In this document: positions 7,550 through 16,804 of the stretch, piece by piece
Numbering within the stretch: the stretch's first letter is position 1
Layout of the letters: the number at the start of each line of letters is the position of its first letter
Assembly (NCBI GenBank): GCA_003671255.1
Contig: QWPF01000001.1
Coordinates: 27,479-91,478 of the forward strand
DNA: 64,000 bases
Direction of reading: 5' to 3'
Source: Planctomycetota bacterium
GTDB lineage: Bacteria; Planctomycetota; Planctomycetia; Gemmatales; Gemmataceae
Notes under the pieces: generated by a model
Database searches by the model: none
What the model was told of the DNA's origin: nothing
The model's input: only the letters and a program-made list of their open reading frames with translations
Position numbers and translations under genes: made by a program

Positions 7550-9049
7550 TTAACTATTCTCCAACGCCTGCCTTAAAACTTTGAGAGTTTTTAAAGGGTT
7601 TTCTGAGTTAAACAAAGCGTTGCTGACTGCAATTCGTTTAACCCCATGCTTGGCAAGTTGGGTGATGTTTTGAGTGTCAATTCCACCAATAGCAAACCAA
7701 GGAATAGTACAAACGGTGTTTGCCGCCTGAACAAAGTCCAATCCTGCTAGATTATTGAAAGTTTTGGTTTTAGAGTTGAAAACCGGCCCAACACCAATGT
7801 AATCAGCGCCGTTTTCTATTGATTTAAGAATCTGGTCTTCATTATGAGTACTGATACCAAGTATTTTATTTCTTCCGATAATTGATTTTGCTTCTTTAAG
7901 AGGCAAATCATCCTGGCCCAAATGTAGCCCATCAGCATCAACAATTTTGGCAATATCTGGCCGATCGTTAATGATGAGCAATTTTCCGTTTTGTGCGGTA
8001 AGGGTCTTAAGTTCAAAAGCATAGTCCAGCAACTTGCTATCAGGGGCATTTTTAATTCGTAATTGCACCATGTCTAACCCGTTTTCGAACAGAGTATCCA
8101 GCGTATCCATGAAGCCTGGATCAAGATGTTCGTGCCCTAAAAGACCATATATTTTGATGTCTTTAAGCTTTCCAGAGTAATCTAGAAAACGAAAAATTCT
8201 TTGTTCAAGATCATAAGACCTATATCTTATTTCGCCGATCGCAACCGAAAAATCAGGAGATTCTAATTTGCCGAATTCCTCTAGTGAGCGAAGAGATTCC
8301 TGTACTCTTTTAATATTTGCTTTGAAAACATCTTCGTCATTTAATCTGGTCAATTCTTGATTGGTGTGGATGGATGTACCTACATCTTCTTCAACATTAC
8401 GATGAGAAATGATAAGAGTTGCAGGAATCCACTGAAGTGTTTCATTGAAATCATGCCTTAACTTTTTAGTTATTGTACATAACAGGCTCGAATTTAGAAT
8501 AAATCTGCAATAATCATCGACTACTCTTAACCCTTCTCGTACCCGATTCGCAGCAGCATCCAGTATTCTCAAACAAGAATCAATTTCAGTGTTGGCATCT
8601 AAATCCAAAGGAACATCAAGTACCAAGGGCGCCATACGCTGATTGTCAATCCAATTAATCAGTTGTTCCCAATTGACTCCCATGGATTCAAGTATGAGCT
8701 GGGTGTTTTTAAAATCTTCAATGAGATAAACGAGAAAGCCTAAGCTTGTGCCTTCCTGTTCTGCGAGGATTTTTTTTGAGATACGCAATATTTTACTGCT
8801 AATATAAGGCTTTTTAGCAGATTCAAAAACTGAAAAACCAGCTTCAATGTTGTTGTTTGTTTTGGCAGAGACAATGCGGGATTCTTGTAAACCAAAATCT
8901 TTAAGAAGATTAGTAACAGGACCTTCAGGATCAAAAAGCAGTGCGCTGATGCAATGTTTTGCTTCAGGTTCCAAAATGCCTTCTTCGAAGGCAAGATGAA
9001 AAGCAAAATCCAGAGCTCTTCTGCATGCGGATGATAATTCAAGTTCCAT
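7550..9049 (-). CDS. thiE: Thiamine-phosphate synthase (ThiE) with a long N-terminal extension that includes a Clp_N-like double repeat
   Basis: C-terminal ~200 aa: MVQLRIKN...LIINDR...GLHLGQDDLP...LGISTHN...GADYIGVGPVFNSKTK...IPWFAIGGI. Middle part LRILDAAANRVREGLRVVDDYCRF resembles the N-extension of cyanobacterial-type ThiE. Residues 1-135 look like two Clp R-domain repeats. Confidence 0.8.
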   Translation of the reverse strand: MELELSSACRRALDFAFHLAFEEGILEPEAKHCISALLFDPEGPVTNLLKDFGLQESRIVSAKTNNNIEAGFSVFESAKKPYISSKILRISKKILAEQEGTSLGFLVYLIEDFKNTQLILESMGVNWEQLINWIDNQRMAPLVLDVPLDLDANTEIDSCLRILDAAANRVREGLRVVDDYCRFILNSSLLCTITKKLRHDFNETLQWIPATLIISHRNVEEDVGTSIHTNQELTRLNDEDVFKANIKRVQESLRSLEEFGKLESPDFSVAIGEIRYRSYDLEQRIFRFLDYSGKLKDIKIYGLLGHEHLDPGFMDTLDTLFENGLDMVQLRIKNAPDSKLLDYAFELKTLTAQNGKLLIINDRPDIAKIVDADGLHLGQDDLPLKEAKSIIGRNKILGISTHNEDQILKSIENGADYIGVGPVFNSKTKTFNNLAGLDFVQAANTVCTIPWFAIGGIDTQNITQLAKHGVKRIAVSNALFNSENPLKTLKVLRQALENS

Positions 9050-9319
9050 TAGCGAATCTTTCGGAAATGTAAAAATAATTGATTATAAAGCATGTTTAAT
9101 GAATAAACATCTTCTAAACTAGTTTCCCTTTATATTTTATTTAATTGACCCCAAGTTCCAAACCCACTTATTCGGAATGATATTTTTAAGAAATTCACAA
9201 GAAATCATCACCTCATTTCAGAAGATTATTTATTGGGTCGATTAAAGTAGAAGAAGTTAATAATTTCTCGATTGATGTTGTAAAAAATTACAAGCGATTG
9301 AGCCTACCAGGAGCAGTTC

Positions 9320-10609
9320 ATGTTGCATCGAATAAGGTTAAATTCCAGCTCAATTAAATGGATCATTGGCGGAGCTGTTGTAGCGATGCAATTTGCAATA
9401 GCTGGTGAAATTACATTGGCCCAAGATAGTCCGATAATTGTAAAAAATCCGAGCAAAGTTCCAATTTATAACATTGAAAAGCTTAGGGAAATGGGGCGTT
9501 CCAACAGCTCAACAATTAAAGCTGCACAACTTGGTATTGATGGGGTTGCGGAAAAGCAGGATGCGATCCACAAGATGAGATTTTTGGGGATTATTTCTAA
9601 GGATCTGCCTGTTCGAAAGCAACAAGCTCAAACCGGAATGACAGCAGCAACAGCAAATTACACGCAATCCGAGTTGGATTTGAATTTTTCCATTGCCTAC
9701 ACCTATGTTTCCATTATTTATGCCAATCAACAGCTTGATGTCGCAGAACGCGGGATCAATGATCTAAATACCTTAGGCGATATCGCAAAGGAAATCGTAA
9801 AAACTGGGTCTAGAAATGATGTTTCAAAAAAGCAGATTGATCAGATCAATGTTTATTTGAATTTGTTTAATGGGAAAAAAGAAGAAGCTGTTCAAGGCGT
9901 ACCACGAGCTAAAGCAGCATTAAGGGAAGCCCTTGGTGTAAGTGATATAAATTGGGATCTGCAAACAGCAGACAAAGTGTTGGCGCTTTCAAATATTGAG
10001 GTTAACAGGGCATCTGTTATTGCAGAAGCGCAATCTCGCAGGGGCGAAATTGTACAAGCACAATCTGCAGTGGATGCAACTTGTTTAGAAGTAAAAGCAC
10101 AAGAGAAAATAAGGGCATTTGCCGGTAAGACTTTTGCATCGGGTTCTGATATCCATGCAAATATATTGCCGATTGCATCATTGGATGAGAATTACAGGCC
10201 GGGTGCGATAGCTCCAGAAATGCCAGGAAATCTTTATGGTTCTAAAAAATCCCGTGTGAATCAAGCAAAGATTTTGCATGAGAGAGCACAAACTGTTGCA
10301 GACAAGGCAAAAAGCTTGGTTGTTCTTGAAGCAGAAAACACCTACTTGCGTTGGATTGAAAACAAAAATCGTGCGATTAGTTATCTTAAGTCAGCAGAAG
10401 AAGCTGAAAAACTTGCTTCTTCACTAAAAGAACGGTTTGATCCCCGAGGTGGGAAAATTACCTTGGATGAGGTGATTACCACGGGTATTCAAGCCAACAC
10501 TATTCGAATTGCTGCTAATGAAGCAATTTACAAAGCAACTTTGGCGCTGATTGCTCTTGAGAGAGTTAGTGGTGGTGGATTTATTGCTCCGCCAATCACC
10601 AAAAAATAA
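9320..10609 (+). CDS. TolC-like outer membrane efflux protein (OEP family)
   Basis: AGGAG before the ATG. Signal-like N-terminus. Long helical, Ala/Gln/Glu-rich two-repeat organisation typical of OEP proteins. Call made from overall pattern only. Confidence 0.55.
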   Translation: MLHRIRLNSSSIKWIIGGAVVAMQFAIAGEITLAQDSPIIVKNPSKVPIYNIEKLREMGRSNSSTIKAAQLGIDGVAEKQDAIHKMRFLGIISKDLPVRKQQAQTGMTAATANYTQSELDLNFSIAYTYVSIIYANQQLDVAERGINDLNTLGDIAKEIVKTGSRNDVSKKQIDQINVYLNLFNGKKEEAVQGVPRAKAALREALGVSDINWDLQTADKVLALSNIEVNRASVIAEAQSRRGEIVQAQSAVDATCLEVKAQEKIRAFAGKTFASGSDIHANILPIASLDENYRPGAIAPEMPGNLYGSKKSRVNQAKILHERAQTVADKAKSLVVLEAENTYLRWIENKNRAISYLKSAEEAEKLASSLKERFDPRGGKITLDEVITTGIQANTIRIAANEAIYKATLALIALERVSGGGFIAPPITKK

Positions 10610-10684
10610 ACCGGGCGCGTAACCTTGTTTGTCGTTATTCCTCCTTTGATTTTACACCTTGATTCATCACCCTTAAGGAAACCT

Positions 10685-11566
10685 ATGCGAAGTAAATTCT
10701 GGCTGTTTTCTCTCTCTCTCTTGGGCGTTCTGCTTTATGGAATTTCCCAAGTAAGATCAGCCGAAAAACAAAAAGCTGTGCGTATTGGAATGATGAGGAC
10801 TATCTTTAAAGATACTCCTGATTCTCTTTTACAAATTTTAATGAAACCATTCAGTTCAGTTATGGAAAGTCAAACTGGCCTGAGTGGTGATTTGGTGATG
10901 TCACCAAGCTATGACAAACTGGGAAAACAGCTTTGCGATGGCGAGATTCAAGTTGGTGTTTTTCATGGTTTTGAATTTGCTTGGGCAAAACTTAAATACC
11001 CTGATTTGGAACCGTTGATGCTTGCTGTTAACAATAAAGCCATACTGAAGTCTTATGTTGTGGTTGCAGATAACTCTGGAATCAAATCTGTCGACGACCT
11101 TAAAGGTAAAAGTGTTTCATTTGCAAGAGGCAATCGCGAGCATTGTAGGTTGTTCTTGGAACACCGTATTTTGCCTGCAAACACCAGTTCAGGAAAGTTT
11201 TTCGGGAAGATTAATTTAAATGCTGATGCTGAAGACGCATTTGATGGTTTGGCTTCTGGAGAAGTTGAAGTAGTTCTTTCTGATTCTGCACCTTGGGAGA
11301 GTTTTAAGTTACAAAAGCCAGGTACTGCTGGAAAGTTAAGAGTTGTGATGATATCCGAAGAGTTTATTCCTGCAGTAATCGGGTACAATCCTAAGAAGCT
11401 TGATCAAAATATCAGAGATAGCTTTAAGAATGGAATGCTCTCCGCAAGTGGGAATCCCAAATCGAAGAGAATGTTGGAATTTGTTAAAATTTCAAGTTTT
11501 GAAACGATTCCAGAAGACTTCAATGAGCAGATGTCTGAAATGCTTAAATCTTACCCTGCGCCATAA
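10685..11566 (+). CDS. PhnD-like (phosphate/phosphonate-type) periplasmic substrate-binding protein
   Basis: ATG at 10685 follows AAGGAA. Signal peptide MRSKFWLFSLSLLGVLLYGIS. VRIGMMRTIF..., GFEFAWAK..., VVVADNSGIKSVDDLKGKSVSFARGN... fit the Phosphonate-bd (PF12974-type) pattern. Confidence 0.6.
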   Translation: MRSKFWLFSLSLLGVLLYGISQVRSAEKQKAVRIGMMRTIFKDTPDSLLQILMKPFSSVMESQTGLSGDLVMSPSYDKLGKQLCDGEIQVGVFHGFEFAWAKLKYPDLEPLMLAVNNKAILKSYVVVADNSGIKSVDDLKGKSVSFARGNREHCRLFLEHRILPANTSSGKFFGKINLNADAEDAFDGLASGEVEVVLSDSAPWESFKLQKPGTAGKLRVVMISEEFIPAVIGYNPKKLDQNIRDSFKNGMLSASGNPKSKRMLEFVKISSFETIPEDFNEQMSEMLKSYPAP

Positions 11567-11607
11567 CATCCCTTGGCAGACTAACAGAAAATCGTAAATA
11601 ACATATT

Positions 11608-11646
11608 AACTCTGGGCATTAAAATTGTCCGGAGTTGATTTTTTTT
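11608..11646 (+). terminator. Intrinsic terminator
   Basis: 8-bp stem AACTCTGG / CCGGAGTT (one G-U pair), 13-nt loop, then GATTTTTTTT. Confidence 0.6.
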
Positions 11647-11724
11647 AGCTGTTACGATGGTAACTCACCAATCAGTTGTTAGAATGCTTCAGCGTTTCAA
11701 GTCCCTGAATGATGGGGTATAAAT

Positions 11725-14094
11725 ATGGCAGAAAATATTCAAACCGTTGCGCTTAAAGATGAAACTCGCGACCGTTATCTCATTTATGCATTATCGGTGA
11801 TCACTTCACGGGCTATTCCTGATGTAAGGGATGGTCTCAAGCCTGTACAAAGGCGCATTCTTTACACAATGTTTAATGATCTGCGATTAACCTTTGATGG
11901 CAGACCGAGAAAGTGTGCCAAGATAGTAGGCGATGTAACCGGGAATTATCATCCCCATGGGACTTCAGCAGCATATGAAGCTTTGGTAAGGTTAGCGCAG
12001 GATTTTGTTATGAGGGTACCCTTGATTGTGGGTCAGGGTAATTTTGGATCGGTAGATGGTGATGCTCCTGCAGCAGAGCGTTATACCGAGGCAAAGCTTG
12101 CATTAGCCTCTGAACATCTCATGATGGAATTAAAGCAGCGAACGGTGGATCTCCGACCTAACTATGATAATACGCGCGATGAGCCAATCGTATTGCCTGC
12201 CCAATTCCCTAACTTGCTGGTTAACGGGAGTTCTGGGATTGCGGTGGGTTTGGCAACCAACATCCCGCCTCATAATTTGGGCGATGTAATTAAAGCTTGC
12301 ATACATCTTATAGAGAATCCCGAAGCAACAACATCACAACTGTTGGATCGTTTAAAGGGGCCTGATTTTCCTTTGGGTGGAAAAATATTGATAGACCGCC
12401 CTGCCCTCACAAAAATTTATGAGGAAGGATCAGGGAGCCTTAAGATCCAAGGGCAATGGAAGATTGAAGAAATTAACAAGGTTAAAAACATTATTGTTTA
12501 TTCCATCCCTTTTGGTGTCGATAAGGGCAAACTTGTTTCTGATATTGGATTGATAATTATTGATCGAAAAGTTCCTCAACTTTTAAATGTAGTTGATGAA
12601 TCCAGCGAAAAAGAAGGTGTCAAAATTGTGCTGGAGATGAAGGCGGAATCTTCTCCTGAACTTATCATGTCTTATTTGTATAGGCATACTCAATTGCAGG
12701 ATAATTTCGCCTGCAACTTTACTTGTTTGATTCCCATCAAAGATGCGGAAGGTCGGGAACGAACAAGGCCAGAAAGGCTTGGGATATGCCAGATTCTCAG
12801 GCAATTCCTTGATTTCCGCTTTGAAACAATCAAGCGAAGGTTTGAGTTTGATCTTGAGCAATTACGAAAACGCATTCACATCCTTAAAGGTTTCAAAATT
12901 ATTTTTGATGCTTTGGATCGTGCCATCAAGATGATTCGTGAGAGCCAAGGTAAAGCCGATGCCGCTGAAAAATTGATGAAGGCTTTTGGTCTTGATGACA
13001 TTCAAACTGAAGCAATATTAGAAGCGCAGTTGTATAAGATTGCACAAATAGAAATTAAAAAGATCACTGATGAACTCCGGGAGAAAGCCAAGGAAGCAGA
13101 TCGAATTGAAGATATTCTTGCATCGAAACGCAAACTCTGGGGCGTAGTAAAATCAGAATTAGCAGAGCTAGGCGAAAAGTTTGCGGATAAAAGACGAACA
13201 AAGTTCGGAGATGCAGATGAGGCAACCGAGTTTGATCCCGAAGCGTATATTCAGCGGGAAAATACCAATGTTGTTTTAACCCGCGATGGTTGGGTGAAAA
13301 GGATAGGTAGGCTCGCATCCGTTGAAGGTACTCGCGTTAGAGAAGGTGATGAAGTCTTGGCAGTGGTTCCTGCAAGCACTCTGGATCAAATTATTTTCTT
13401 TAGTGACGATGGCGCTGCTTTTACAATGAGAGCGAATGAAATTCCTGCAAGTTCCGGTTATGGAGAGCCTATAAACAAGTATTTTAGGTTGAATGACCGC
13501 GCAAAAATTATCATGATGGTTACCACGGATGAACGGTTCACCCAACCTTCGAAACCGGGCAAAGGTGATGATCCTATCCCGCCCTTTGTTTTGGTTGTAA
13601 CCTCGCAAGGGCAGGTTCTTAGAACACCCTTAGTGGCACACAGAATTGCTTCCACCAAAACGGGTAGAATGTATGTACGGCTTAATGAAAACGACCGGGT
13701 GGTGAATGTTTTTATTGTCAATAAAGAAAAAAGCATGATGCTTGCTTCGAAGTTTGGGCATATCATTCATTTTTCAATAGATGAAGTTAATATTTTATCT
13801 GGCGTTGGAAAAGGTGTGATGGGTATCAAATTAGGGGAAGAAGATCATTGCCTGGGCGGGGTTGTTATTTCAGGCAAAGATTCCTTTTTGCAGGTTGAAA
13901 CCACAAATGGTAAAACCATGGATTTTCGGCCCGGTAAATATGAAGTTGTAACCCGGGGCGGTAAAGGTTTTGAAGCTGTTAAAAGATCTGAATTTGCAAA
14001 AATTGTTCTCTCCCCGATCGAGTTGGTTAATTGGGATGAAATTGTAGATGCAGAAGCCCAAAAACCAAGCAGCCCTAAAGGTTTGTTTGATTAA
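11725..14094 (+). CDS. Type IIA DNA topoisomerase subunit A (gyrase/topoisomerase IV A; ParC-like C-terminal domain)
   Basis: [56 protein letters not shown] with the catalytic Tyr at 12082-12084. No QRRGGKG box follows the DGWVKR strand. Confidence 0.9.
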   Translation: MAENIQTVALKDETRDRYLIYALSVITSRAIPDVRDGLKPVQRRILYTMFNDLRLTFDGRPRKCAKIVGDVTGNYHPHGTSAAYEALVRLAQDFVMRVPLIVGQGNFGSVDGDAPAAERYTEAKLALASEHLMMELKQRTVDLRPNYDNTRDEPIVLPAQFPNLLVNGSSGIAVGLATNIPPHNLGDVIKACIHLIENPEATTSQLLDRLKGPDFPLGGKILIDRPALTKIYEEGSGSLKIQGQWKIEEINKVKNIIVYSIPFGVDKGKLVSDIGLIIIDRKVPQLLNVVDESSEKEGVKIVLEMKAESSPELIMSYLYRHTQLQDNFACNFTCLIPIKDAEGRERTRPERLGICQILRQFLDFRFETIKRRFEFDLEQLRKRIHILKGFKIIFDALDRAIKMIRESQGKADAAEKLMKAFGLDDIQTEAILEAQLYKIAQIEIKKITDELREKAKEADRIEDILASKRKLWGVVKSELAELGEKFADKRRTKFGDADEATEFDPEAYIQRENTNVVLTRDGWVKRIGRLASVEGTRVREGDEVLAVVPASTLDQIIFFSDDGAAFTMRANEIPASSGYGEPINKYFRLNDRAKIIMMVTTDERFTQPSKPGKGDDPIPPFVLVVTSQGQVLRTPLVAHRIASTKTGRMYVRLNENDRVVNVFIVNKEKSMMLASKFGHIIHFSIDEVNILSGVGKGVMGIKLGEEDHCLGGVVISGKDSFLQVETTNGKTMDFRPGKYEVVTRGGKGFEAVKRSEFAKIVLSPIELVNWDEIVDAEAQKPSSPKGLFD

Positions 14095-14120
14095 TTATAG
14101 TGTGAAACGGACAAGATAAT

Positions 14121-16043
14121 ATGAGTAGTGCCAATAGTAATTATTCCGCCAAGGACATTACGGTTCTCGAAGGACTTGAACCAGTAAGAAAACGGCCCTC
14201 GATGTACATTGGTGGTGTTGATCCCAAAGGGTTGCACCATTTAGTGTGGGAAATTGTTGATAACTCTGTTGATGAATACCTGAATGGGTTTGCAGATTCA
14301 ATAACCGTCACGCTTCATAAAACAGGCGATGCAGTAACAGTTGTTGATAATGGCCGCGGTATTCCTGTTGATTTACATCCCAAGCATAAAAAGCCCGCAC
14401 TTGAACTTATCCTTACCACTTTGCATTCAGGTGCTAAATTTGGTGAAGGTGATAATTATATTCATTCGGGCGGGTTGCATGGTGTGGGCGCTTCGGTGGT
14501 GAATGCGCTTTCAAAAAAACTAGTAGTAAATATTAAACGAGATGGTAGAGAGTATCGCCAGACATTCAAAAAAGGTAAAGCTTTTGGTGAACTCGAAAAG
14601 CTAGGGTCTATTCGTGGTACGGGAACAACAATCTATTTTGAACCTGACCCTGAAATTTTCCGAAATACTCAATTCGAACCCGATTGGATTAAGTCACACC
14701 TTGATGACATGTCTTATATCCACAGTGGTATGAAGATTGTTTTTATAAATCAAATATCTGGAGAAACATTTGATCTCACCCATCCGGGTGGTATCCCAGA
14801 GTTTCTTTCGAAGTTGGTAACTGATGGCCAAAAACCTCCCGTGACGGAAAGTATTTTTACTGTTAATCGCAAGGAAGGCGAAAAGATGGAGGTCGCCCTC
14901 CAGTGGACTGAATCCACCGATGAATCTTTTCGCTCTTATGTAAATGGCATCCGTACGGCATCAGGTGGTACGCATGAGAATGGTCTGAAAAATGGTGTTG
15001 GTAAGGCCATTCGCAATTTTATGGAGACCCACGATATCAAAGTTAAAGGTATTGCAATTACCGCTGAAGATATTCGTGAAGGGTTGGTGGGAATTCTTTC
15101 AGTGTTTGTTCGTGAACCAATGTTCCAAGGCCAAACTAAAGAAAAATTAAATAACCCAGAATTGACAGCGTTGGTGGATGGTTTTGTTCGCCCTGCACTT
15201 GAAGCATGGCTTAATTTTAACAAAACTGCAGCAGACCAAATCGTTGGAAGAATTGTCCTTTCAGCCCGAGCAAGGCTTGCATCACGAGAAGCAGCATCCG
15301 AGGTAAAACGAAAGTCTGCAACTTCGAGAAGATTAAATCTTCCCGGCAAACTTTCTGATTGTAAATCAACCAATCTTGATGATTCAGAACTATTCATCGT
15401 TGAAGGTGATTCAGCAGGTGGTTCTGCCAAACAAGGTCGTAATAGCAAAGTTCAGGCTATTTTACCCTTGCGAGGTAAGATCTTGAATTCTGAAGGATTA
15501 CCTCTTGCAAGAGTTATGGCTAATACAGAACTAAATGATTTAGTTACAGCGATTGGAACAGGGGCTGGAGAAAAGTTTGATATCTCTGGGTTGAGGTATG
15601 GGAAAATTATTTTGTTGATGGATGCAGATGCGGATGGCCATCACATATCAACATTGTTGTTGGGATTCTTTTTTCGGCATATGCCCGAACTAATCCGCAA
15701 GGGTCATGTGTTTCTGGCACAACCGCCCCTATTTAGGGTTGATGTTGGCAAGGAAACTTTTTGGGCTCGAGATGATAGCCATAAGGAAGAAATTCTTTCG
15801 GGTTTAAGGGCTAATGCGAAACCAGAAATCTCGCGCTTCAAAGGTTTAGGCGAGATGGATCCAAGCGTTCTTGCATTGACCACGCTAGATATTAAGACCA
15901 GGATTTTGCTAAAAGTTGAAATCGATTCAAATCTTGAAACAGATAAAACATTTGTTGATCTTTTGGGGAAAGATGCAGCCCCCCGCTTTAAGTTTATCAT
16001 GGAACATGCAGCACGCGCAGTGGTTGATGATTTGGATATTTAG
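14121..16043 (+). CDS. Type IIA DNA topoisomerase subunit B (gyrase/topoisomerase IV B)
   Basis: GHKL ATPase motifs (LEGLEPVRKRPSMYIG, EIVDNSVDE, DNGRGIPV, GGLHGVGAS). Toprim EGDSAGGSAKQGR, PLRGKILN, LLMDADADGHHI. Confidence 0.9.
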   Translation: MSSANSNYSAKDITVLEGLEPVRKRPSMYIGGVDPKGLHHLVWEIVDNSVDEYLNGFADSITVTLHKTGDAVTVVDNGRGIPVDLHPKHKKPALELILTTLHSGAKFGEGDNYIHSGGLHGVGASVVNALSKKLVVNIKRDGREYRQTFKKGKAFGELEKLGSIRGTGTTIYFEPDPEIFRNTQFEPDWIKSHLDDMSYIHSGMKIVFINQISGETFDLTHPGGIPEFLSKLVTDGQKPPVTESIFTVNRKEGEKMEVALQWTESTDESFRSYVNGIRTASGGTHENGLKNGVGKAIRNFMETHDIKVKGIAITAEDIREGLVGILSVFVREPMFQGQTKEKLNNPELTALVDGFVRPALEAWLNFNKTAADQIVGRIVLSARARLASREAASEVKRKSATSRRLNLPGKLSDCKSTNLDDSELFIVEGDSAGGSAKQGRNSKVQAILPLRGKILNSEGLPLARVMANTELNDLVTAIGTGAGEKFDISGLRYGKIILLMDADADGHHISTLLLGFFFRHMPELIRKGHVFLAQPPLFRVDVGKETFWARDDSHKEEILSGLRANAKPEISRFKGLGEMDPSVLALTTLDIKTRILLKVEIDSNLETDKTFVDLLGKDAAPRFKFIMEHAARAVVDDLDI

Positions 16044-16780
16044 TTTTGGTCTCTTATTTTTGCTTTATACCATGTTAATTGCCTGTTCAGGCCTATGAGC
16101 CATTTCATTTCTTGTGTAGTAGGTTTTGAGCGAGCTATCATGGTTTTAATTCCATTAAAAAGAGCATCAGCTTTTGGGCCAAACAAAAAGTGAATTTCTT
16201 CTAGGGATGATTTTAGGGCATCAAAAGCTTGCTGTTGCATTTTCCATGATGCTAATTCAATTGGTTTGGTTGTTTCTTCATCTTTTTCTTCCATTACCAT
16301 ATTGATTTCGTGAAGTGTGATGGCAACCGACATAGCTAAATTAAGTGCGGGGTAATCATCAGAGGTTGGTATACCTATGAGCAAATTGCATAAGCTTATT
16401 TCTTCGGTGGTTAATCCGGAAGATTCGGGCCCAAAAACCAATGCGACTTGGGAACGATTGATTTCTTTTGATAAAACTTTTGCTGCAATCCTGATTGGTT
16501 TTATTATTGAAGCACGCGCCAACCCTTTGGTTTGGCTTGATGTTGCAGCCACATAGGTACAGTCAACAAGAGCTTGCTCGATTAAATCAACTTGGGTTGA
16601 ATTGTGAAGGATTTCTTCCCCTTGGCAGGAGAATTTTTTAGCTTCATCATCAAGATGGTTTGCTTTGGGTGAAACTAAAACGAGTTGAGAAAACCCCATG
16701 TTCTTCATTACTCTTGCGATGGAACCAATGTTCCCTGCAAATTGAGGCCTTACCAATATTATTTTGCAGTTTTTAAACAT
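16040..16780 (-). CDS. trmJ: SpoU/TrmH-family RNA 2'-O-methyltransferase, TrmJ-like
   Basis: IILVRPQFAGNIGSIARVMKNMGF..., VALVFGPESSGLTTEE..., ALNLAMSVAITLHE align closely with E. coli TrmJ as I remember it. Stop codon overlaps the convergent topoisomerase B stop. Confidence 0.75.
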   Translation of the reverse strand: MFKNCKIILVRPQFAGNIGSIARVMKNMGFSQLVLVSPKANHLDDEAKKFSCQGEEILHNSTQVDLIEQALVDCTYVAATSSQTKGLARASIIKPIRIAAKVLSKEINRSQVALVFGPESSGLTTEEISLCNLLIGIPTSDDYPALNLAMSVAITLHEINMVMEEKDEETTKPIELASWKMQQQAFDALKSSLEEIHFLFGPKADALFNGIKTMIARSKPTTQEMKWLIGLNRQLTWYKAKIRDQN

Positions 16781-16804
16781 GGTTGCTGGTCTGTTGGTAC
16801 AGGA

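Noticed and set aside
9050-9319. TPP riboswitch upstream of the thiE fusion
   Set aside because: The core CUGAGA and ACCUGAUCUGGAUAAUGCCAGCG-like elements are absent on the coding strand of this AT-rich 270-nt leader.
14936-15448. 170-aa minus-strand ORF inside the topoisomerase B gene (similar cases: 54150-54641, 51415-51858, 31471-31941)
   Set aside because: They are antisense to CDSs with unmistakable conserved motifs. They have no recognisable motifs of their own and are typical shadow ORFs.
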